From Octopus sinensis (Eukaryota), in the NCBI RefSeq assembly GCF_006345805.1, contig NC_043013.1, positions 49,910,001-49,974,000 on the forward strand: a stretch of DNA of 64,000 nt, in the 5' to 3' direction. Each line of letters opens with the position of its first letter. Position 1 is the first letter of the stretch. The position numbers and the translations under genes are program-made. This document shows, piece after piece, positions 39,662-51,649 of this stretch. Under the pieces are notes generated by a model. The model was not told the origin of the DNA. It searched no databases and saw nothing but the letters and a program-made list of their open reading frames with translations.

Positions 39662-39784
39662 ATCTTACAGCTGTTTCAGCCCATAGATAAGAGTATATGC
39701 CCATATTAGTCAGATGTATTGAGGTAATATACAGTATAAAAATGAGTTACTTATATATATATATCTCAAGGCCTCGTCAGAGAT
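39662..39784 (-). ncRNA. Type I hammerhead ribozyme motif with long stem II
   Basis: ATCT-CTGACGA-GGCC...GGCT-GAAA-CAGCTG-TA-AGAT; intact core, GUA site. Confidence 0.75.
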
Positions 39785-39958
39785 TATATACAAATCCACG
39801 CACACACGCGTACCAAAAAAGTTTCATACGCATGTCTATATATGCACAAACACAAGAAAACACAGGGCTAAAGGTAACAATACAGAAAAAGGTTAAACCA
39901 CATGTTTGTGCATATATAGACATGTGTATGAAACCTTTTTGGTGTGCGTGCGTGGGTT

Positions 39959-40002
<44 letters not shown>

Positions 40003-40004
<2 letters not shown>

Positions 40005-40230
40005 GGCGGCGAGCTGGCAGAAACGTTAGCACGCCTGGCGAAATGCGTAGCCGTATTTCGTCTGTCGTTACGTTCTGAGTTCAAATTCCGCCGAGGTCGA
40101 CTTTGCCTTTCATCCTTTCGGGGTCGATAAATCAAGTACCAGTTACGCACTGGGGTCGATGTAATCGACTAAATCCCTTTGTCTGTCCCTGTTTGTCCCC
40201 TCTGTGTTTAGCCCCTTGTGGGTAGTAAAG

Positions 40231-40234
<4 letters not shown>
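40003..40234 (+). mobile_element. SINE family A
   Basis: Full copy in a (TA)n tract. Confidence 0.92.
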
Positions 40235-40273
<39 letters not shown>

Positions 40274-40551
40274 ATATTTGGCAAATGGTGTGGGTGAGGT
40301 TGTGTATGTTTCAAGTGAGGGTGGATGAGTGTATACTTTTAGGCGCATGCATGTGGGTGTGTGGACGCACATGTGTAGGTATGAACATGCGCGTTTACAC
40401 GAATACTATGAGCCTTTTTACCCGCTTATTTTTACTCCCTCCCCTCACTTAGCGGTCATTCAAATACCTCTTTTGTCTTAATAACGGTCAATCACACAGT
40501 AATTTCCCTTTATTTAACGGTCATTTTTCATAACTCTTTTTCCGATGGCCG

Positions 40552-40612
40552 GATAACTGAAGAGATGGCAACGTGGATTTCCACCTCGGCATCCGAAACT
40601 CTGAGTTTTATC
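40552..40612 (+). ncRNA. Type I hammerhead ribozyme motif
   Basis: GATAA-CTGAAGA-GATG...CATCC-GAAA-CTCTGAG-TT-TTATC; 5-bp stem I, GUU site. Confidence 0.75.
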
Positions 40613-40741
40613 ATGGCTACCAAATAATTGTCACATATTAAATTTACAGATAAATTCCTCTATTTACATAATATCAAGGTCTCTTTCATTCTTTTGTTGT
40701 CTTACCATTTTTATCAATATATATATAGATATATATATATC

Positions 40742-40859
<118 letters not shown>

Positions 40860-40968
40860 ATATATACTTAATATATATATATATCCTATTACCCCATCTG
40901 TATTCTCCCTTATGTATCTTAATTCATTTTATTTTATTAAACCTTTTAATGTTCTTCCCAAAATTCCT

Positions 40969-41066
40969 CACACTGATGAGAAGGACAATGCATAAATTTA
41001 ATTATAATTACTATGATTATAATTGTTTTCTTGCATATTTGTATTGTCCTTCAAAACATGCATATG
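40969..41066 (+). ncRNA. Decayed type I hammerhead motif
   Basis: CACA-CTGATGA-GAAGGACAATGC...GTATTGTCCTTC-AAAA-CATG-CA-TATG; 12-bp stem II, G12 and U16.1 mutated. Confidence 0.6.
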
Positions 41067-41354
41067 TATTGGATCCAATTTTGTATTAAATGTAATTTTG
41101 ATTCAACATCATTTTCTCCCATCGTTTAACGATGATGATGATGATGATATATATATATATATATGTAAAAGTAAAAAAATACAAACTGGGACAAGAACGT
41201 GAAACATTTAGAAGACGACACAAAAAACACGGACGGGACATTCAAAGCCTTCAATCTTCAGTCAAGAACCGGATCATCTTTGCAATTTCGGCTGATTAAT
41301 ATATATATATATATATATCCATATATATTTATCCATATATATATATATATATAT

Positions 41355-41600
41355 ATTTCGTTTTCGGATTTGGTTTACAAGATTTTTTATATGAGTTCAT
41401 GTGTTGAAGCATATTCTGTTGTGTCTTTTTGTGGCTTGTAATGTAACACACTCACTGGTAAAATTTCCACTTATTTCTTATTTTCCTAAAATTTTTGTTG
41501 CGTCTTGCAACCTTTTCAATAGTCATGACTCTGTTCGTTATTTACACTGCATTCCTATTACACTATTCAAGACTATTGAAAAGGTTGCAAGACGCAATGA
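41355..41600. repeat. Second copy of the 2833-3140 fold-back family
   Basis: Shares TAAAATTTCCACTTATTTCTTA and TTGAAAAGGTTGCAAGACGCAA. Confidence 0.85.
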
Positions 41601-41699
41601 ATGTATATGTATACATATATATATATATATTTATATATATATATATATATATATGTAAGTCAGTAAATGGGGCTGTGTTAACCGCATGTGGAGAAATGA

Positions 41700-44276
41700 T
41701 AGGAGAGGAAAAAATAATAAGGCAGAATGCTAAATTGAAAGTAAATTTTAATAAAAATGGGTGTTTGAAAAAATTAAAAAGAAATCAAACTGGCTTTCAC
41801 TGCAAGGCAAATTTTCAAGATTTGGTAAGGGAAAAAATTTTTTTAAATTGAGGAAGAGAAAAAAAAGAAATTTACAATGTTTTTTTTTTCAAAAAAATAA
41901 TAAATATATACAAAAATTAATAAATAAGTATACCAATACACGCTTTTAGAGTTCAATATTAGTCCATGGAAAGACTTCTTTGGAGGATTAGGATGCAAGC
42001 GTTTAAGTGTAGTGTTTTGTTTGAAAAGGTTGGATGTTTATGTGTCAAAACAGGAAATGGAGTTATCCAGTTCCTGTAAATAAGGGGACACAATTCTGTG
42101 GATTTTATACTCTTTAATTGGAATGCTGGATTTTTTGTCAAACATGATGCTTATATCTATTTTTTGTCAGACAGGATGCTAGAAAAAGGAATACGGTCAC
42201 CATGGAGTATGCATATTAAGAAGCGTTTGGAATTTTTCAATAAAAATATTCTCCTTGTTGATTCTTTCTTGTGTAGAGATTCTGTCTTTACATTGGTAGA
42301 AAGGGAATATATGAAATTTGGGATTTTTATTTCTAGCGCAAGAGTCTATGTGGCTACTGAGTGGAATTTGACGGTATTGTGGGAGAATTATCTGTTCTTT
42401 ATGGACTGCTACTCTTCTGCATAAAGGAAGGCTCGGTTGTCCAATATAATTGTGCTGGCAGCCGGCGCATGTAAGAATGTAAATGAGGTTCTTGGAGGAA
42501 CAAGAGAAGTTGGTCTTGATTTTAAACTTTGTTCCCTGTTTGAAAGTAAATTCAGAGCCTTCAAGTAGGAAGAGGCAGGTACCATAGTTAGGGCATGCAC
42601 ATTTTTTAACTGGTGGGGGTGGATGTGGTGTGTGAAGTTTGGCATTTGTTAAGAGTTTTTTTCAATGATTTATGTTACCTTTTGCATTTAAGGATTTTAT
42701 GTGTATTGATAATATTATTCATTTTTGGGTCTGTGGACAGTAAGGGGAGGTTTTGTATGATTGTGGTATATGCTTCGATGTTGTTGGGGTTGTGGGTGGA
42801 AATGTATGGAAGTATTTTGAGGTTGGGTGTGTTACTGTGTTGGGTAGTTTTCAGTGTATTATTGTCGAGTTCCTTGGCACGTTTTATTCCATAGTGTGGA
42901 GGGATATTGGCGTTGTAATAGTGTTTTTTTGAGGTCTTGAAGGCATATTTCTCAAGTTTTTGGATCTGAGACAATGGTGCAAATCCTTTTAGCTAAGTTG
43001 AAAGGGATATTTATCTTGGTGTGTTTTGGGTGGCATGAACTAAAGAGGAGGTATTGTTGTGATTCTGTAGGTTTGTGGTAGATGTCTGTTATGATTTGGT
43101 TGTTAGGTGTTTTTATAATTAGGAAATCAAGAAAAGGGAGATGATGTTTGCTGAATTCCATAGTGAGTTGAATGTTGGAATTCCAGAAGATTTTCCATAA
43201 GATTATTTCCATATGATGAAACAATCATCTAGGTATCTTTTCCAGTTTTCCATTAAGTAGATGTGGAAAAGGTGTCCAAAATTCTGGCATGATGTCTCAT
43301 AAAGTGATAGTTCGAAGAAACCCATTATGAGGTCTACAAGGACTGGTGCAGCTTTGGTACCCATCGCGATCCCACATTTTTGATGGTAGTGTGTGTTTTC
43401 AAAGAGGAAGTAATTGTTTGTCAGAATGAACTTGAGTGATTCCGTAATGAAGGTCTTGTTAATGCGGTTAGGAAATGCTTCTGGGTGTTTCCCCAGCCAG
43501 AAATCAATTGCCTCAATACCATATTCATGTGGGATGTTGGTATAGAGGTTAATAACATCAAAGGACACCAAGAATGCCTCCTTGTTGGTTGCTTTCGGGA
43601 GGTGCTTGAGTATGTCAAGATCATCTCTAATGAAACTTATGATGTGACTAAGGAAAGGTTTCAAAAGGATGTCCAGGCAATTGCTCAAGCGGTGTATTTT
43701 GCAGAAGGTGCCAGCTATGATGGGCCTTCGTTTTAGGTCCTCCAGTGCCTTGATGTTGGTGTGAATGTCAGAGGAGATTTTGCAGGCTTCAGTGATGGAT
43801 TTGTTTTTATGGACTTTAGGGAGGCTATAGAAGAGGCTGGGCTTGCATTTGAAATTGGTGATGTAATCCTTTTCCTTTTCCGTGAGCCCTTGACCATGTT
43901 GGAGTATGAGAGTGGTGATGTTTTTGAGTGTTTGTGACACATAAACATCCAACCTTTTCAAACAAAACACTACACTTAAACGCATGCATCCTAATCCTCC
44001 AAAGAAGTCTTTCCATGGACTAATATTGAACTCTAAAAGCATGTATTGGTATACTTATTTATAAATTTTTGTATATATTTATTATTTTTTTGAAAAAAAC
44101 ATTGTAAATTTCTTTTTTCCCCTTCCTCAATTTAAAAAAAAATGTTTTCCCTGCCAAATCTTGAAAATTTGGCTTGCAATGAAAGTCAGTTTGATTTCTT
44201 TTAAAAATTTTTCATACACCCGTTTTTATTAAAATTCACTTTGAATTTAGCATTCTGCCTTATCATTTTTTCCTCT

Positions 44277-44280
<4 letters not shown>
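41700..44280 (-). mobile_element. Penelope-like retroelement (RT + GIY-YIG, frameshifted, 5' truncated) bounded by inverted arms of about 345 bp
   Basis: RT motifs RPIIAG, LVSFDVINLYTNIPH, GIAMGTKAAP, RYLDD, LPFLD, TDIYHKPT; GIY-YIG NLIYILTCAGCQHNYIGQ at about 42400-42510; arms 41700-42046 and 43936-44280. Confidence 0.92.
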
Positions 44281-44304
<24 letters not shown>

Positions 44305-44311
<7 letters not shown>

Positions 44312-45083
44312 TCCACAAACAGAAGATACCAAAAATACAGAAAATATTGAAAGGAATGGAACAGAACCAGACCCCAAACAGACTTATACCAAACACGCAG
44401 AAGACCTAACACAAACCTGCCAAATATGCAATGCCGAAATAAACAAGACAGAAGCACATCTTCAACAGGGAAATACCAGAAGCATGGAAGATCTATTCAC
44501 AGAAACCTGTAGTAAGTTGAATTCGCTTCTCTCAAAAATTGATACGCCCTTTGCAAACATTGCTTTAACAACAAATACAATCCAAACACAAAATATTCTC
44601 TCTAAAAATAATCAAGCAAACACAACTGACAACACAAATCTTCTGGCGGGACCACCCCAATCACAAAGGACAACAAATGACGAAGAAACAAAAACTGACA
44701 CAAACCAAGAAAAACCTTCAAAACCCCAAGACTGGAACAAACTTCTAAACCAACGCAAATATGCTTATTGGAATAGCATACGCTGTAAGAACATAGCCAA
44801 TATATATCAAAACTGGCAGGACTTGAAGAACCCAATACTCCCTAGAAAATTTCTCATCAAAGAAATAAGAGGTGAAACACTAGAAGAAACAACAAAACGT
44901 GCAAACCTAGCCCTCTGCCGACTAGAAACGGAAATTTCCCTTCTACAAACACGAAGCACACACCAGGAAGATAAGATTAAAACAATCGATACCGTCATAA
45001 TGGCCGAGATAACAGAAAAGAACAATAACCAAAACAAAGAAAAACTACAACAATTATGGAAAGAGGATACCGAACGAGAATAA
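44305..45083 (+). mobile_element. About 260-codon open fragment, probably the N-terminal region of a PLE ORF
   Basis: Stop-free A/C-rich frame with no start or splice context, between (TA)n tracts next to a PLE; assignment is inference. Confidence 0.45.
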
Positions 45084-45193
45084 TCTGAATGATATGATCT
45101 GAATGATATGATATATATATGTAAAAAATGTAATATATAAATAAATATCTATAAATATGAACCATCCGATCTCTGATGACCTCATTTCTTCTA

Positions 45194-45227
<34 letters not shown>

Positions 45228-45234
45228 GTGTATG

Positions 45235-45296
<62 letters not shown>

Positions 45297-45461
45297 GTGT
45301 ATATATATATATATATATGTATGTATATATATATATATATAGATATATGTATGTATGTATATGTATATCCATATAATATAACTATAAACCCATCCAGATT
45401 TCTGTGTGCCTTATTTCTTCTAATACATATATATCTATACACACATATATACATATATATT

Positions 45462-46750
45462 ATCATCATTATCGTTTAACATCCGCTTTCCATGCTGGCA
45501 CGGGTTGGACAGTTTGACTGAGGGCTGTTATGCCAGAGGCTGCACTAATCTCCAATCTGATCTGGCAAGGTTTCTACAGCTGGATGCCCTTCTTAACGCC
45601 AATCACTCTGAGAACATAGTGGGTACCTTTTATGTGTTACTGGCACAGGTACCAGTCAGGCAGCACTGGCATCAGCTATGACAACAATTTCACTTGGCTC
45701 AACCGGTCTTCTCGAGCACATCATATTGTCCAATGACTGAAGGAGTACTTTTAAATGGGCCAGTTATGTGACACTGGCATTGGCCACAGCTATAATCTCA
45801 CTTAGCTTGTTAGGTCTTCTCAAGCTCAGCATATCTCCAAAGTTCTCGGTCTCTTGTCATTGCCTCTGTGAGACCCAACATTCAAAGGTCATGCTTCATC
45901 ACTTAATCCTATGTCTTCCTGGATCTACCTCTTCCACAGGTTCCCTCCACTTTTAGGGCATAACACTTCTTCACACAGCTCTCCTCATCCATACACAACA
46001 CATGACCATACCAGTGCAGTCATCTCTTGCACACCACATCTGATGCTTCTTATGCCCAACTTTTCTCTCAGGATGCTTTCACTCTGTCATATATGTACAC
46101 TGACCCACATGCAGCGGATCATACTAGCTTCATTTCTTTCAAGCCTATGCATGTCCTCAGCAATCACAGTCCATGTTTCACTGCCATGTAGCATGGCTTT
46201 TCACACACAGGCATTATACACCCTACCTTCCACTTTGAGCAAGAGGCCCTTTGTTACCAGCAGAGGTAGGAGCTCTCTGAACTTTGCCCAGCTATCCTTA
46301 TTCTAGCAGCTACGCTTTCAGGGCATTCACCTCCGCAACTGACTTGGTCACCTAGGTAACAGAAGCTATCAACTACTTTTAGTTTTTCCTCCTGGCATGT
46401 GATGGAATCTGTTTTCTGTACATCTTCGGTGGTTATTGCCCCTGTGCATCTGCCACACACAAAAGCTATCTTTCCAGTTAACCTCTTTGATATTACTGTC
46501 CCTCTTATGTCTCCATAGTTTACACCAGGTATATCATATGGAGTTTCTACTTACACCTTTTCTATGGATCAAGCAGGGCCATCGACCTGAAGGGATTTGT
46601 GATTTGTCTGCCTTCCTACTTACCAAGACTTTGGGTTTTTGCTAGACTGACTCTAAGGCCCTTTTATTCAAGATCTTGCTTCCACACCTGAAACTTCTGT
46701 TCTAGTTCTGGTAGTGATTCAGCTATTAGAGCAAGGTCATCAGCATAGCG
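45462..46750 (-). mobile_element. RTE-LINE RT C-terminus plus 3' UTR (older copy)
   Basis: CGRCTGAIT...VVDSFCYLGDQVS homologous to 55920-56850; tail at 45462. Confidence 0.85.
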
Positions 46751-47308
46751 TATCTCCCGTTTGTGTATATATGTATGTGTGTGTGTATGCATATATATAT
46801 ATATATATATGCACGAGTCATCTAAGAGATCATAAGTCATGGAAAAAATACACTCATATATCTGTCAAGAGAGCAGGTATATTACCTGAAGTGTACAACA
46901 TATATCCATCATGGCTGATCTTACGAATCGGTTTTGTGTATAGAATACAATGGAGTGTTAGGTAACCTTATGCTCTTGAGAGTTAGCTGATATGGAAGGG
47001 AATATGATGGTTTGTGTGTGTGTGTGTGGGGGCTGGGTGTATATACATAGGTGTGTATCTGTATATATATTTTATGTATGTGTATATGTGTGTGTATTTC
47101 CATGGGTTTAAAATTATTTTATATGACAACAATTTACCCATCGCATCCTGTACATATATAAGAACACAGACATTTACACATAGACACCCAGACACACATA
47201 TACATAGGCTTACAAACATACTTATAAATATAAAATATAACCCAGGTAAAATAAATCAAGTCTTTAAAGCATAGCAAAATGAAGCTAAATAGAATAAGTA
47301 GAAAACCT

Positions 47309-47700
47309 AGGAGTGGCTGTGTGGTAAGTTGCTTGCTTACGAGCTACATAGCTCCGGATTCAGTCCCACTGCGTGTCACCTTGGGCAAGTGCCTTCTACT
47401 AAAGCCTTGTGAGTGGATTTGGTAGACAGAAACTGAAAGAAGCCCGTCGTGTATATGTATATATATATAGATGTATGTGTGTGTATATGTTTGTGTGTCT
47501 GTGTTTGTCCCCCCAACATTGCTTGACAACCGATGCTGATGTGCTTATGTCCCCGTTACTTAGCGGTTCAGTAAAAGGAGCCCGATAGAATAAGTACTAG
47601 GCTTACAAGGAATAAGTCCCGGGGTCGATTTGCTCGATGAAAGGTGGTGCTCCAGCATGGCTGCAGTCAAATGACTGAAACAAGTAAAAGAGTAAAGAGT
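47309..47700 (+). mobile_element. SINE family B
   Basis: Nearly full copy. Confidence 0.9.
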
Positions 47701-48053
47701 ATGTACATTAAGATATTTCTTAATTCACATTTATCCCCTTGTCCTTCTACCCATTTCAATCTATATCTCTCACTATATCATTAAAGTTAACTAGGGAATT
47801 GCCAAATGATTTATCAGAAAAATTGTTTACACCTTATCCCTAATTCCTGCCTAAAGTTAATGTTACCCACTGTCTTTAGTATTTGGAATGATTCCCCAAG
47901 GCAAAATTTTCATCTGATTCTACCTATTTCATAAGGATCAGCTCTACTGAGGATTGCCCATTTCATTTCATATTCCACCTTTTCCTCCCTTAGTTGTCAT
48001 ATTAACTTGCTAAGTGATGTCACATTTTCTGTTCTTAAACTGAAATGACACAG

Positions 48054-48358
48054 TTATTTGGGGTCTGTGGACAGTAAGGCGAGGTTTTGTATGATTGTGG
48101 TGTATGCTTTGATGTTTTTGGGGTTGTGGGTGGAAATGTATGGAAGTATTTTGAGGTTGGGTGTGTTACTGTGTTGGGTAGTTTTCAGTGTATTATTGTC
48201 GAGTTCCTCGGCACGTTTTATTCCATAGTGTGGAGGGATATTGGCGTTGTAATAGTGTTTTTTTGAGGTCTTGAAGGCATATTTCTCAAGTTTTTGGATC
48301 TGAGACAATGGTGCAAATCCTTTTAGCTAAGTTGAAAGGGATATTTATCTTGGTGTGT
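48054..48358 (-). mobile_element. Internal PLE fragment, near-identical to 42720-43025
   Basis: Same sequence and same ORF-track peptide MSQIQKLEKYAF... Confidence 0.9.
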
Positions 48359-48769
48359 ACCAAGCTTAACTGTGGTGCAATATCCTATGTATTTATAAGT
48401 CACGTTCTGGGTGTAACCACTGCACATTCATATAATATGTTCCTTTCTAAGCAAGATTTATTTAACTTACATTCCCTACCTCCTCTACTGTTTTAACCAG
48501 TGCTTTCCTTTCTATTGCTGCTACTTTTAGAGTTATTCCTACAATTGTCATTATTACTTTTATTATTTATTGTCATTATTCTTATTATGACTGCTATTGT
48601 ATTACTGTTACCCCCACAGCCACTTTCCTTGTCATTTTCAGTATCAATTACATTGATCTTGTCCTCCCTATTAGTCTTAACTTGTCCTTACTGTTTTTAT
48701 TATGACCCTTTCTATTCCTGTCTATGTCTGTCGACTTTGAGTTTTCTAATTCCCTTAATCTACGGGTGT

Positions 48770-50075
48770 TGTGGGATGCTATGTTGAGGGAAATTCATGT
48801 CCAAAGCTGCAAAAAATTTTCTGGAAATGCTTGTAGCTATTTGAACCTCAAAAAACGATGTGAACCAAGCAATGGTTAAGTTAAGAATTATGTCCCTTGG
48901 TAGCAAAAACACCACCACTGGGGGTGTTGCAAGTTAGCAAAAGTTTTCTGGAAGAGTTTATGGGAAATGTATCTTTAAGATTGTTGCTCTTGTAGAAATG
49001 GAATGTTTGTAGTGGTACGATATGTATAGTGATTCCAGTGGGAGGGAGGGCTCCAAAGATTGCATAAACATCTGTGTTTGCTAGCGTGTTTTCTTTCTTT
49101 TATTTTTTGATAAAATTCTTGGGGTATTTATGTATACATGTGGTGTATGGGGATTTATAGTGATAGTAGTGGAAAATGGTCTATTGGGTGGATATCCGCT
49201 GTGTCAGGGCATGTGTGTTTACTCTTTCACTTGTTTCAGTCATTTGACTGCAGCCATGCTGGAGCACCACCTTTAATCGAGCAACTCAACCACGGGACTA
49301 ATTCTTTGTAAGCCTAGTACTTATTCTATCGGTCTATTTTGCTGAACCGCTAAGTGACGGGGACATAAACACACCAGCATCGGTTGTCAAGCAATACTAG
49401 GGGGACAAACACAGACACACATGCACATATATATATATATATATATATACGACGCGCTTCTTTCAGTTTCCATCTACCAAATCCACTCACAAGGCTTTGG
49501 TCGGCCCGGGACTATAGTAGAAGACACTTGCCCAAGGTGCCACGCAGTGGGACTGAACCCGGAACCATATGGCTGTTAAGCAAGCTACTTACCACACAGC
49601 CACTCCTGGGCCTGTTTGTGTATGTTCTGGTCAAACACTTCGCTGGATTCTCAGGTATTGGTGTGAGGAAGGTTGAAGCTGGAGGACCGGTGATTATAGT
49701 CATGATGGAGCATGCAGGTATGGTAGGAGGTACTTCCCTCATATGGGAAAGGGTTAAAAATTTCACTTCTACTGTTCAGGCAGATGCGTGAGTGTTGGGA
49801 ACTCTTTAAAATTGCTCTTTTCTCAGCTAGACATAATCTGCACTTCTTGCTGCTATTGAAGTATGCTTTATATTTTTCTAGAATCTTACAATTTTATGCT
49901 GTACTCATTGGTACTTTCAATAACCATATGTACTTGGCCAGGGTTGTGGCATTGTCTTTTTGGGATGTTGAAGGACTTGTGGTTGTTAAAGCAGGTTCTG
50001 AAAGGGCCTTCAGGCGCTCCCATATACTTTCACACATTTGTTTGCTCATTTGCTGTTACCTCTGTCTTCTATATA
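48770..50075 (-). mobile_element. Penelope-like relic, different family (GIY-YIG at about 49730-50070)
   Basis: KVYMGAPEGPFRTCFNNHKSF...LAKYIW...KCRLCLAEK...LNSRSEI; linker-like AWFTSFF..ISRKFFAALDMNFP at about 48790-48880. Confidence 0.75.
49218..49611 (-). mobile_element. SINE family B
   Basis: Full reverse copy. Confidence 0.9.
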
Positions 50076-50214
50076 TATATATTCCCGTAGAGGGAATCAC
50101 ACCACCGGTATTTAGCCCAAGGAAGCATCAACGCTTCCTGTCGGCCTTGACACATTTCCTGTGTCCTTATGTTTACATGGGGGAGACAAGCACCCCCATC
50201 CAGCTAAACCTGCA

Positions 50215-50256
50215 TCCAGAGACATGTTTCTGAGTTTTGCTCATCATCAGTCTGGA
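50215..50256 (-). ncRNA. Minimal type I hammerhead ribozyme motif
   Basis: TCCAGA-CTGATGA-TGAG-CAAAA-CTCA-GAAA-CATG-TC-TCTGGA; perfect 6-bp stem I, GUC site, palindromic stem III. Confidence 0.88.
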
Positions 50257-50296
50257 GTAGTCTAGACAGGTATCTTCAGCTAGCAGGCCATGCTAC

Positions 50297-50339
50297 TCCA
50301 GACTGATGACAAGCAAAGACTCAGAAACTATTCTCTGGT
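50297..50339 (+). ncRNA. Decayed inverted copy of the 50215 hammerhead
   Basis: TCCAGA-CTGATGA-CAAGCAAAGACTCA-GAAA-CTAT-TC-TCTGG; stems II and III mutated. Confidence 0.6.
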
Positions 50340-50501
50340 TGTAGACTAAGCTGGGTGGAGGTGCTTGTCTCCCCTTCGTAAACATAAGGACACAGGAAAT
50401 GTGTCAAGGCTGACAGGAAGCGTTGATGCTTCCTAGGGCTAAATAGCAGTGGTGTAATTCCCTTTATGGGACTGTCATGTTAAGTTGACAGTATATAACT
50501 G

Positions 50502-50530
<29 letters not shown>

Positions 50531-50533
<3 letters not shown>

Positions 50534-50823
50534 TCATCATCATCATCATCATTTAACGTCCACTTTCCATGCTAGCATGGGTTGGACGGTTCAATTGGGG
50601 TCTGGGGAGCCCGAAAGCTGCACCAGTCCAGTCAGATCTGGCAGTGTTTCTACAGCTGGATGCCCTTCCTAACGCCAACCACTCCGAGAGTGTAGTGGGT
50701 GATTTTATGTGCCACCGACACAGGTGCCAGACGAGGCTGGCAAACGGCCACGCTCGGATGGTGTTTTTATGTGCCACCGACACAGGTGCCAGATGAGGCT
50801 GGCAAACGGCCACGATCGGATGG
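50531..50823 (-). mobile_element. RTE-LINE 3' end copy
   Basis: (CAT)n tail and family sequence. Confidence 0.85.
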
Positions 50824-51411
50824 TATATATATATATATATATATATGTACATATATAACCCCGATGACAAATTCTACAACATGATGAGGATTTACCCCAC
50901 AAACTCAGTAGAAATGGTAATTGTTTATTGTATTTGGTTCCCAAGATTCTTTATGTGAATTCATGTGGCAAAACAAATTTTTTTTGTGTCATGGGAGGGT
51001 CGTTACACCAATAATAACACACACACACACTGATTCAATTCCACTCCTTTATTATTAGTCAATTGGATAAATATCTATCCAACTAACTAATCAATTGTTT
51101 GTTTAACTTGTTGGTTAAATAGTCAATCATTTTCTTCAATTTTTTTATTTTGCTCATCAGAGTGTTTTCGTTGCTATCCATAACCTTTCCTGTGACTTAT
51201 CTTCTAATTCACTCCAAAGGCCAAATTCGTCTGTCTGAGACATTATTGTTTGTATGTGTAGTTTAGGTGAGGAGGTAAGGGTGAGTATAACGAATGGGTT
51301 TGTGAGAGTGTGTGTGACTGTTCAAGTGCCCCTTAACCTGGCCAGTTTGCAGGGTTGATACTATAACTAATTATAAACTGCCCTACTTCTCACAGGTATT
51401 ACAACCACTCA

Positions 51412-51626
51412 AGGCGGCGAGCTGGCAGAATCGTTAGCACGCCGGGCGAAATGCTCAGCGGTATTTTGTCTGTCGCTACGTTCTGAGTTCAAATTCCGCC
51501 GAGGTCGACTTTGCCTTTCATCCTTTTGGGGTCGATTAAATAAGTACCAGTTACGCACTGGGGTCGATATAATCGACTTAATCCGTTTGTCCCTTCTGTG
51601 TTTAGCCCCTTGTGGGTAGTAAAGAA
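51412..51626 (+). mobile_element. SINE family A
   Basis: 20-bp flanking duplication ACAGGTATTACAACCACTCA. Confidence 0.92.
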
Positions 51627-51649
51627 ACAGGTATTACAACCACTCATGG

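Larger units (their letters stand above)
39079..40648. repeat. Long inverted repeat (arms 39079-39431 and 40276-40648), PLE pseudo-LTR-like
   Basis: Arms are reverse complements with scattered substitutions; each carries an HHR fold. Confidence 0.9.
50083..50471. repeat. Fold-back with about 180-bp arms, each carrying an HHR core
   Basis: 50083-50262 is reverse-complementary to 50293-50471. Confidence 0.92.

Noticed and set aside
41165-41300. Possible hammerhead (GAAA and CTGAAGA on minus strand)
   Set aside because: Could not build consistent stems I-III in any topology
46885-46945. Possible HHR relic (CTGAAGT...GAAT)
   Set aside because: Two core mismatches and weak stems; compatible with chance
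48500-48787. Hydrophobic membrane-protein-like ORF
   Set aside because: Low-complexity T-rich sequence with no splice or homology support
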